NCBI GenBank assembly: GCA_963771075.1 | Contig: CAVYSE010000028.1 | Coordinates: 32,001-96,000, forward strand | Source of the DNA: a candidate division FCPU426 bacterium | Lineage (GTDB): Bacteria; Oederibacteriota; Muellerivitia; Muellerivitales; Muellerivitaceae | Length of the DNA stretch: 64,000 bases | Reading direction: 5' to 3' | Shown: piece after piece, positions 44,351 through 51,728 of the stretch | Layout of the letters: every line of letters starts with the position of its first letter | Numbering within the stretch: the stretch's first letter is position 1 | Made by a program: the position numbers and the translations under genes | The notes under the pieces: model-generated | Seen by the model: only the letters and a program-made list of their open reading frames with translations | Told to the model about the DNA's origin: nothing | The model's database searches: none

Positions 44351-45444
44351 TGGCCGCTATCGACGATCTTTGCAAGGCCATGGTGGCGAAAGGCGCCTCC
44401 GACATGCACCTGACCATCGGGAACCCCCCCCTAATCCGGGTCCATGGCGACCTCATCCCCTTGAACGAAACGGTTATCGACGAGGATCTCATCCAAGGCC
44501 TTCTTTACGAAACCATGACGCCTGAACAGTGGACTTTATGTTGGAATAGGCGCGACTATGATTATGCTTACGAGGTCCCGGACCTGGCCCGCTATCGGGC
44601 CAATGTTTTTTTTAACCAGCAAGGCATTGCCGCGGTGTTTCGTACCATCCCCACCAAGATCCTCTCACTCCAGCAGTTGGGGATGCCGCCTGTCATGACC
44701 GAGATGTGCAAGACCAAGAGGGGCCTGGTCTTGATCACGGGTCCCACCGGAAGCGGCAAAAGCACCACCCTGGCCGCCATGATCGACGAGATCAACAACA
44801 CCCGGGAAGCGCACATCCTCACCATCGAAGATCCTATCGAGTTCGTGCACCGAATGAAGAAATCCAAGATCACCCAGCGCGAAGTGCATCATGACACCCA
44901 CTCGTTCAAGGCGGCCTTGCGGTCCTCAATGCGTCAGGACCCAGACATCATCCTGGTAGGCGAGATGCGCGATTACGAGACCATCTCCCTGGTGATCGCG
45001 GCCGCCGAGATGGGTATTTTGGTCTTCGGGACCCTCCATACCAATTCCACCTCCAAGACCATCGACCGCATCATCAACGTCTACCCGGCCGACGAACGGG
45101 ATAAGGCGCGGGACGCCCTGGCCGCATCCTTAAAGAGCATCGTAGCCCAGCAGCTTTGCCCCACCAAGGACGGCAAAGGGCGCGTAGCCGCCGTGGAGGT
45201 GCTTTCTTTCGACAAAAGCCTCCCTAACCTGATCCGAACCGGCAAGACCTCCGGGATCAATTCCCTCATCGAGATTAGCGGCAACCAGGGGATGCAAACG
45301 ATGGATATGTGCCTGATGAACCTGTTTAAGGCGGACCGCATTTCGGCCAAGCAGGCTTATTTGAAAGCGCTGGACAAGAAAAAATTCCAGGCTTTGTTGG
45401 ACAAAGAAATCGCCAAGGAAGCCGCTGCCGACCCCTGGAAGTAA
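44350..45444 (+). CDS. pilT: PilT/PilU-family retraction ATPase (copy 2)
   Basis: 'GPTGSGKSTT', 'EDPIEF', 'RQDPDIILVGEMRD', 'GMQTMD'; TGATG overlap with copy 1. Confidence 0.88.
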   Translation: MAAIDDLCKAMVAKGASDMHLTIGNPPLIRVHGDLIPLNETVIDEDLIQGLLYETMTPEQWTLCWNRRDYDYAYEVPDLARYRANVFFNQQGIAAVFRTIPTKILSLQQLGMPPVMTEMCKTKRGLVLITGPTGSGKSTTLAAMIDEINNTREAHILTIEDPIEFVHRMKKSKITQREVHHDTHSFKAALRSSMRQDPDIILVGEMRDYETISLVIAAAEMGILVFGTLHTNSTSKTIDRIINVYPADERDKARDALAASLKSIVAQQLCPTKDGKGRVAAVEVLSFDKSLPNLIRTGKTSGINSLIEISGNQGMQTMDMCLMNLFKADRISAKQAYLKALDKKKFQALLDKEIAKEAAADPWK

Positions 45445-45457
45445 CCCTTGTGCAGGC

Positions 45458-45886
45458 TTACGACCGATCCCTCAAGCGGGCCGCCCAAACCCCCAGGCAC
45501 TGATTGCTGACCACCTGTATCCCTTCCACCTCCAGCCGGGCCTCGGACTGGGGATGGGTGATTCCGGTTTGGAGCCAAACCGTTTTTGGCCGTTTCTCTT
45601 GGGGTAAGGCCAAGATCTCATCCACAAGCTCGGGGATTAACTCACTGCGCCTGAAAACATCCAGGATATCGGGTTGGATGGGGAGATCCTCCAATTTGGC
45701 ATAGGCCTCCAGTCCGAGCGAAGATACGATCATGGGATTCACGGGGTAAATCTCATAACCCCTCTCTTTGAGCATGGCGGGAATGGTATAGGCGGGGCGA
45801 TCCATCCTTTTCTCGTCTTGCATGCCATAAATCGCGATGGTTCGGGCTTCTTTCACGATTTGGGCAACCATTTCGTCTTCAAGCAT
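45458..45886 (-). CDS. CoA-binding protein (YccU-like)
   Basis: 'TIAIYG', 'GYEIYPVNP', 'DILDVFRRSE', 'VWLQTGI'. Confidence 0.9.
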   Translation of the reverse strand: MLEDEMVAQIVKEARTIAIYGMQDEKRMDRPAYTIPAMLKERGYEIYPVNPMIVSSLGLEAYAKLEDLPIQPDILDVFRRSELIPELVDEILALPQEKRPKTVWLQTGITHPQSEARLEVEGIQVVSNQCLGVWAARLRDRS

Positions 45887-45913
45887 CCAATCACCTCACA
45901 AAAAAAGATCTTT

Positions 45914-46010
45914 TTCACCACCAAGCCACCAAGTAAAACAAAAATTTTGCTAGTTTTTATGGCGTCATTCCTAACTTTTCCTTATAGGTATTGGTGCCTG
46001 GGTAGTGGTA
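45914..46010. repeat. Intergenic inverted-repeat element (CACxxAG 9-mer family)
   Basis: TTCACCACCAAGCCACCAAG ... TTGGTGCCTGGGTAGTGGTA. Confidence 0.5.
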
Positions 46011-46024
46011 TCCATGTTTAAGAA

Positions 46025-46459
46025 TTAGACGCTTAAGTTTGGTGTGTAGAGGACATACAACATCCAGTAAACAATCACACCTGTTATGGAAACATAAACC
46101 CAGATGGGGAAGGTTATTTTGGCGATCTTTCTGTGCTTCTCGAACTCACCCCGAATGGCCCGAATTATCGTCCAGATGGCCAAAACCGGCACAAGAACAG
46201 CTAAGAGGGTATGAGTAGTCAAAATAAAGAAATAGATGGGACGTATAAGCCCTTTGCCAGTGAAATGCACCACCCCCACATGAGCGTGAAAATATAGGTA
46301 GCAGACTAAAAAAATGGCGGAGGATAGAAATGCTAGACCCATGCAGGTCTTATGGGCCAATAACTTCTTGTTCCTGATAAAGGCATAGCCCATAAGGAGA
46401 AGAAGGGCGCTGAGGCCATTGAGACAGGCGATCAGAAAAGGAACCTGGGAAAGGCTCAT
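46025..46459 (-). CDS. DUF420 (CtaM-like) oxidase assembly membrane protein
   Basis: 'AHKTCM', 'YFFILTTH', 'HRKIAKITFPIWVYVSITGVIVY'. Confidence 0.88.
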   Translation of the reverse strand: MSLSQVPFLIACLNGLSALLLLMGYAFIRNKKLLAHKTCMGLAFLSSAIFLVCYLYFHAHVGVVHFTGKGLIRPIYFFILTTHTLLAVLVPVLAIWTIIRAIRGEFEKHRKIAKITFPIWVYVSITGVIVYWMLYVLYTPNLSV

Positions 46460-47082
46460 CCCTTTCCTCCGTGTTTCAACAGGTAGACCGCGTCTAATTG
46501 CAGGTTCTGGATATCATTCAGGTCATCCCCGTCATACATTCCCCGGATCTTGCCATCGGCGTCAACGAGCACCACGCGGATGGTGTGGATGAACTCAAAT
46601 CCCGGTATAGCCTGGGGATCCTCGGCCGCGCTGAGTTTAAAACCTTGTTTGATCATAGTATAAAGATCCTTTTTGGTGCCGGTCAGGAATATCCACTGTT
46701 GTGGATCGGCGCCAAACTCCTTCGCGTATTTAGCCATCACCGGCACCTTATCGTAATCCGGGTCTACCGTGAAAGTTACCAGTTTGAAATCATCCTGATC
46801 CTTGAATTGGCGGGCCAGAACCCTTAGATGTCCCGACAAGATGGGGCAGGTCCCCGAACAACGGGTAAAGATAAAATCGCAGACCCAGACCTTACCCTTG
46901 AGCCGGGCGGAAGAAAAGATCTTCCCTTCCTGGGTGGTGAAAGAAAAATTGGGCGCCGATAAAATGGGTTTCAGGAATTTCGAGGATGGACGGGCTTGGA
47001 AAACACGATAGCCCCAGACCGCCAGGATAGCCAGGCTGATAGCCATCACCGACGCCATAACGCCTTTGGGGGGATGGTTCAT
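46456..47082 (-). CDS. SCO1/SenC copper chaperone
   Basis: 'FTRCSGTCP' CxxxC, 'VDPDYD', conserved His in 'FIHTIR'. Confidence 0.93.
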   Translation of the reverse strand: MNHPPKGVMASVMAISLAILAVWGYRVFQARPSSKFLKPILSAPNFSFTTQEGKIFSSARLKGKVWVCDFIFTRCSGTCPILSGHLRVLARQFKDQDDFKLVTFTVDPDYDKVPVMAKYAKEFGADPQQWIFLTGTKKDLYTMIKQGFKLSAAEDPQAIPGFEFIHTIRVVLVDADGKIRGMYDGDDLNDIQNLQLDAVYLLKHGGKG

Positions 47083-47834
47083 GAGCGGTTCTTGATTTCG
47101 CTTTTCGCCACCGCCAGCGAAGAGATGAAATAAAAGAAGAGTCCAGCCAGAGTTAACGCCAGGAGGCAGATTCCCATGGAAGGAAGGTTCGTATTATTCG
47201 ATTCGTGGGGATAGAGCCCTTCCCGAACTCCCGCCACTCCATAGGTCAAAGGATTCACCGCCATGAGAATCTTCATGAAGCCTGAATTGGAGGCGGGGAA
47301 AACCGCACCCGAGGCCATCCAAAGAGGAAGTAGAACCAGGTTCATGATCGTGTGAAAGCCGGGGATGGACTCGATTTTCCAAGCCAGCCAGAAGCCCGCC
47401 GCGTTCATGACGAAAGATATCAAAAAAAGGGCTGCGGTCAAACCCAAAAGGGGGACGGGTTGGAAACTGGCCCCCACAAATAAACCAATCGGCAATAGGA
47501 TCAAACCCTGCACCGTGGACAAGGTCGATCCGCCCAGGATCTTGCCCATGACGATAGCCCCCCGCGAAACCGGCGCCACCATGACCGACTGCAAAAACCC
47601 CGCTTGCCGGTCCTCGATCACGGACGCATTGGAAAAAATGCAGGTGAACATAACGCTCATTAACAAGGTGCCGGGGAAAAAGTAGGCGCGATAATCGGCC
47701 TGGGGAACGCCCGAGCCCAAGACCAGCCAAAAAAGAAAGGCCGTTCCGATCGCCCCTACCACCCGGCTGGGCTGTCGGTAAAAGCGGACTAATTCCCTCT
47801 GCCAGAGGGTGAAGGTGGCTGTCCAAAAAGTCAT
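47079..47834 (-). CDS. ABC-2 type transporter permease
   Basis: 'YFFPG', 'IEDRQAGFLQSVMVAPVSR', 'NPLTYGV'. Confidence 0.92.
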   Translation of the reverse strand: MTFWTATFTLWQRELVRFYRQPSRVVGAIGTAFLFWLVLGSGVPQADYRAYFFPGTLLMSVMFTCIFSNASVIEDRQAGFLQSVMVAPVSRGAIVMGKILGGSTLSTVQGLILLPIGLFVGASFQPVPLLGLTAALFLISFVMNAAGFWLAWKIESIPGFHTIMNLVLLPLWMASGAVFPASNSGFMKILMAVNPLTYGVAGVREGLYPHESNNTNLPSMGICLLALTLAGLFFYFISSLAVAKSEIKNRS

Positions 47835-47852
47835 ATTAACCTCTAATCTTTC

Positions 47853-47946
47853 ACCGCGAAGCCGCGAAGAAAACCATCCAGCAATGTTGTTTTAGGCCTG
47901 AAACTTTTGATTCCTCTTAAAAAGCCGTTCTTCGCGTCTTCGCGGT
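47853..47946. repeat. Intergenic inverted-repeat element (CGCGAAG variant)
   Basis: ACCGCGAAGCCGCGAAGAA pairs with TTCTTCGCGTCTTCGCGGT (18/19), inside the ABC operon. Confidence 0.7.
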
Positions 47947-47951
47947 TCATC

Positions 47952-48881
47952 CTATTCTTTCTCCTCCGAGAGGCCGCGGCCGGTTTTGTGGATGAAAACA
48001 TCCTCCAGCGTGGGCAGGCCCACGGTAAGGGAAAGAACCTCATTGGGAAAATTATCAAGGATGGGCGACACCAGATTGTGGGCCTTGGGTTGTTCCACCT
48101 GGAGTACTCCCGCCATGATCTTCGACTCGATTTTCAGTTTTTCGTTTAGTGCCTTTTGGAAGGTTTCGGGTGCCCTGGCGCGGATACGAAGCACTTCACC
48201 GCCGATGGAGGCTTTCAACTCCTCAGGATAGCCAAGGGCCACCATCTCGCCCTGGTGGAGAATCAGGATCCGGTCGCACCGGTCCGCCTCTTCCAGGTAG
48301 TGGGTTGTCACCAGCACCGTCATGCCTTCCGATTTTCTTAAATTTTCCAGGTGGCCCCAAAATTCCCTCCGGGCGGAGGGATCAAGCCCCGTGGAGGGCT
48401 CGTCCAAGATCATCAACGCAGGATCGTTTATGAGGGCCTTGGCTAGCTCCACCCTGCGCTGAAGACCCCCGGAAAGGGTTTCCACCCGGTCCTTTTGCCT
48501 GTCTTGGAGGTCCAACCGGTCGAGGTCCCGGTCCATGCGTTTTTCAAGCTCCCCTCCCGTCAATCCATAAAGATGGCCTTGGTGCCGGAGATTCTCGCGA
48601 ACGGTCAGTTTTTTATCCAGGGCTGGAGACTGGAAGACAATACCCATTTTGGAACGTACTTCCTGGAGATGGTCGGCCACATCCAAGCCGAAATAACGAA
48701 CATGGCCTTTCGCGCAGGGATAAAGGGTGGAAAGCAACTTGAAGGTGGTCGACTTTCCACCCCCGTTTGGGCCTAAAAATCCGAAAATTTCGCCCTTTTG
48801 GACCGCGAAGGAAAGGCCTTTCAAAGCAGTCTTGTCTCCATACTTAAATGAAAGGTTTTGAACAGAGAGAATATCTGGCAA
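47952..48881 (-). CDS. ABC transporter ATP-binding protein
   Basis: 'GPNGGGKST', 'LSGG', 'ILDEP', 'TTHYLEEA'. Confidence 0.95.
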   Translation of the reverse strand: MPDILSVQNLSFKYGDKTALKGLSFAVQKGEIFGFLGPNGGGKSTTFKLLSTLYPCAKGHVRYFGLDVADHLQEVRSKMGIVFQSPALDKKLTVRENLRHQGHLYGLTGGELEKRMDRDLDRLDLQDRQKDRVETLSGGLQRRVELAKALINDPALMILDEPSTGLDPSARREFWGHLENLRKSEGMTVLVTTHYLEEADRCDRILILHQGEMVALGYPEELKASIGGEVLRIRARAPETFQKALNEKLKIESKIMAGVLQVEQPKAHNLVSPILDNFPNEVLSLTVGLPTLEDVFIHKTGRGLSEEKE

Positions 48882-48884
48882 GGC

Positions 48885-49733
48885 TTACCCCTTATCCATC
48901 ACCATGGCCGCGAAAAGGCATGGCAAGTACAGGATGGAAACCCAGAATAACTTGCGAGCCTGGGCCAGGGACCGGTTCTTGGCCAAGGCAACGGCGAAGC
49001 CCACAAAGGCTAAACTTAACACAAGGGCGATCCAGAAATATACGGGGCCGGTCATGTGTAAATAAACCGGCAAAACCGACACGGGTAATAGAGCCAAAGA
49101 GTAAACCACCGCCACCAGGCCCGTCAATTCTCCCTTCGGATCTCGGACGGAGAGCATGGGAAACCCGGCTCTTTCATAATCTTGGCGGTATATCCAACCG
49201 ATCGCGAGGAAATGCGGCATTTGCCAGAAGAAGAGAATACTAAAAAGAGTAAACCCTTCCAGCCCGGTGTGATTGGTCGCCGCCGCATAACCCATCAAGG
49301 GTGGAAGGGCGCCGGGGACCGCGCCCACGACTGTGCAGAGGGACGTGATTTTTTTCAAGGGAGTGTAAAGCACAACGTAACTCACGAAGGCACAAAACCC
49401 TAGGAAAGCGGTCAATTCGTTCACCTTGAGGAAAAGGGTCAGAATTCCCGCGAGGGAAAGGGCAAGGCCAAACCAGAAAGCCTGACCGAGCGGTAGTCTG
49501 TCATCCGGGAGGGGCCTTTTTTGGGTCCGGGTCATGCGCTTGTCCGCCTCCACCTCAAACCATTGGTTCAGGGCCCCGCATCCACCGGCGAGAAGGGTGG
49601 CCCCGACCAGGGAAAACAAAAGAGTCTTCCAAGCCAAAGTTCCAGGGCTACCCAACAAAAAACCGGCAAGGTTGGTGAGGATCGCCAAAAAATTCAGCCT
49701 GGGTTTGGTGAGGGATAAATAATCGGAAAGCAT
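48885..49733 (-). CDS. ctaB: Heme O synthase (protoheme IX farnesyltransferase)
   Basis: Start ATG 49733 'MLSDYLSLTKPR'; 'DKRMTRTQKRPLP', 'WQMPHFLAI..DYERAGFPML'. Confidence 0.95.
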   Translation of the reverse strand: MLSDYLSLTKPRLNFLAILTNLAGFLLGSPGTLAWKTLLFSLVGATLLAGGCGALNQWFEVEADKRMTRTQKRPLPDDRLPLGQAFWFGLALSLAGILTLFLKVNELTAFLGFCAFVSYVVLYTPLKKITSLCTVVGAVPGALPPLMGYAAATNHTGLEGFTLFSILFFWQMPHFLAIGWIYRQDYERAGFPMLSVRDPKGELTGLVAVVYSLALLPVSVLPVYLHMTGPVYFWIALVLSLAFVGFAVALAKNRSLAQARKLFWVSILYLPCLFAAMVMDKG

Positions 49734-49741
49734 TGAAGTTT

Positions 49742-50662
49742 TCAAGTCTTGACCAGTTCCTTGATCAACCGCCGACTGTTCAGGGTCAGGATGAGGGTGG
49801 ACGCCATCACGCCCGCGCCAATGAGCACGTGGAAAGAGGTGGGGATCACGTCCTTTTGTGTCACAACCACCAGCATCCCGAAAAAGCATTGCATCCAGAC
49901 CAAGAGCCCCGCCCACGCGGCAGGCCAATAGATGGATTTTTCCTCAGGGTAAGCTCGGCAGACACGGAATGAAACCCAGGTTATAAAGGTTAAAACGGCC
50001 AATGCCCCCAAGCGGTGCAAATAGTTGACCAGGATAGGAAAGGTCCAATCCGGGGGCGCCAACCCGCCGAAACAAGTTGGAAAATCGGGGATGGCCAGGC
50101 CGGCACCGCTGTGGCGCATGACCGCCCCAATGAGGATTTGCGTGTAGACCAGGGGCACCGCCCAGGGAATGATTTTTTTGAGCGGGTTGTAATATAGGCG
50201 GCCCGGGTGATCCCAAACCCAAGCGCTCGAGGTGACCAGTGCCAGGGAAACATTCAGGCAAAGGAAAATCTGGGCTAAACCCGCGTGGGCAACCGAGACC
50301 GCCGTGGAAAGATGCATTAAAACCGTAACCCCTCCTAAAACCGCCTGTACCAGAACGGCCCCCACCGCGACCCAGGCGAGAACTTTCACCCATCGGCGGT
50401 TCTCGGCCCGCTGGATAAAAACCGCCTGGCCGATCGTCAGGAGCGCGACCGTACCCGCGATAAGCCGATGCCCATGCTCAAAAAGCACTCCCCCGACCAT
50501 TGGAGGAAATAACTGTCCGAAAGAGAGGGGCCAATCCGGAACGGACAGGCTGGAACCGGTGCTGGTGACCAAAGCACCCGCGAGAACAAGTAAAAAAGTA
50601 CATCCCGCCGTGAAAAGCGTAAAGCGATGAAGGACAGGTCGATAAACCGATTTTTCATCCAT
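49742..50662 (-). CDS. ctaA: Heme A synthase (COX15/CtaA)
   Basis: 'PDWP', 'FEHGHRL', 'QAVLGGVTV', 'YLHRL'; ATG 50662 with GGAGG. Confidence 0.9.
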   Translation of the reverse strand: MDEKSVYRPVLHRFTLFTAGCTFLLVLAGALVTSTGSSLSVPDWPLSFGQLFPPMVGGVLFEHGHRLIAGTVALLTIGQAVFIQRAENRRWVKVLAWVAVGAVLVQAVLGGVTVLMHLSTAVSVAHAGLAQIFLCLNVSLALVTSSAWVWDHPGRLYYNPLKKIIPWAVPLVYTQILIGAVMRHSGAGLAIPDFPTCFGGLAPPDWTFPILVNYLHRLGALAVLTFITWVSFRVCRAYPEEKSIYWPAAWAGLLVWMQCFFGMLVVVTQKDVIPTSFHVLIGAGVMASTLILTLNSRRLIKELVKT

Positions 50663-50709
50663 AGAAACGATAACCTCCAACCCTTCTTAATAGAAAGCGC
50701 CATTTTCAG

Positions 50710-50740
50710 AAAAAAGGCCCCGGTATCAAGCCCGGAGCCT
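50710..50740 (-). terminator. Terminator between the lipoprotein gene and ctaA
   Basis: Minus strand AGGCTCCGG-loop-CCGGGGCC followed by TTTTTT. Confidence 0.6.
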
Positions 50741-50773
50741 AGACCTTATAACAACTAGATTTTATAGGAGAAC

Positions 50774-51544
50774 TTACTGGGCCGTGAAGGTGAAATTGAT
50801 AGTCTTCGCTTCCCCGTCCTTGATGTCCACTTTTTGGGGAGCCGATTCCCCGTATTTTTCCTGGTACGCCGCTAGGGTATAGGAACCGGCGGGAAGGCCT
50901 GAAATTTTAAAGCTTCCATCCTCACCTGAAACGCAGAAGAAGGGGTGGGTAAAGACACCCGACATGCAATGCATCCAGCTATGCACGTCGCATTTAAATT
51001 TGACCGGCATTTCAGGTTTGGAGAATTTCTTTTCCGTGACCATTCCTTGGCTGGGTTGTCCGACGTTGAAGGCGTCATTGACCACGGGCATGGCATGGAC
51101 GTTATGCAGGGTATTGTCCCCATTTACGATTTCCAATGGCTGGTTGACTTGGATCCCGAATACGTGGGGATGGTACTGGCAACCTTTTTGTGTGAGCGTC
51201 ACGCCAGTGGAGGGTGCCGGGTAATTTCCAGCGCCTTCCTTCACATAGACCAGGACATTGGCGAGGTTTCCCTTAGCGTCCACCACTACTGTTTCATCAC
51301 GCATTGTGCCTGAGTGTTGGGCCTTGCAGACCGGGTCGGCGTCAAAATTTAGGACTGCCTGTTGAGGGGCTTTTCCAGTTAGCGTAACCTTGCCGGTTAC
51401 TGAAGCCGTGCCCATAACCGCCGATCCTGAGGAACCGGAGGAGCTGCCCCCTCCTGCCAGCAGATCATCCTCATCGCTTTTACCACAGCTGGACAGGCTC
51501 AAGCCAGTGATGAGAAGCAAAACCAGGTATTTGTGCAATCCCAT
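50774..51544 (-). CDS. Lipoprotein with carboxypeptidase-regulatory-like and cupredoxin-like domains
   Basis: Lipobox LSS|C; 'QKGCQYHPHV', 'LHNVH', 'KCDVHSWM', 'GLPAGSYTL'. Confidence 0.8.
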   Translation of the reverse strand: MGLHKYLVLLLITGLSLSSCGKSDEDDLLAGGGSSSGSSGSAVMGTASVTGKVTLTGKAPQQAVLNFDADPVCKAQHSGTMRDETVVVDAKGNLANVLVYVKEGAGNYPAPSTGVTLTQKGCQYHPHVFGIQVNQPLEIVNGDNTLHNVHAMPVVNDAFNVGQPSQGMVTEKKFSKPEMPVKFKCDVHSWMHCMSGVFTHPFFCVSGEDGSFKISGLPAGSYTLAAYQEKYGESAPQKVDIKDGEAKTINFTFTAQ

Positions 51545-51577
51545 ATCATCCTCCTAAAAATCATTAACCCAATTCAA

Positions 51578-51666
51578 ACCACAGAGGCACAGGGAAAGCA
51601 TAAATCTTAGGATAAAGATCTTCTTTTTTTAACCTGTTTCCCTGTGTCTCCGTGTCACGATGGTGA
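51578..51666. repeat. Intergenic inverted-repeat element (CACxxAG 9-mer family)
   Basis: ACCACAGAGGCACAGGGAAA pairs with TTTCCCTGTGTCTCCGTGTC. Confidence 0.65.
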
Positions 51667-51728
51667 AATTCTTTTGTCTTTTTTCACTTTAGGTCGGAGC
51701 CCCGCTCATTGCAAGTGCCATGGGCCGG

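Noticed and set aside
49734..49928. Longer ctaB start from the ORF track
   Set aside because: It overlaps ctaA coding sequence; homology begins at MLSDYLSLTKPR.
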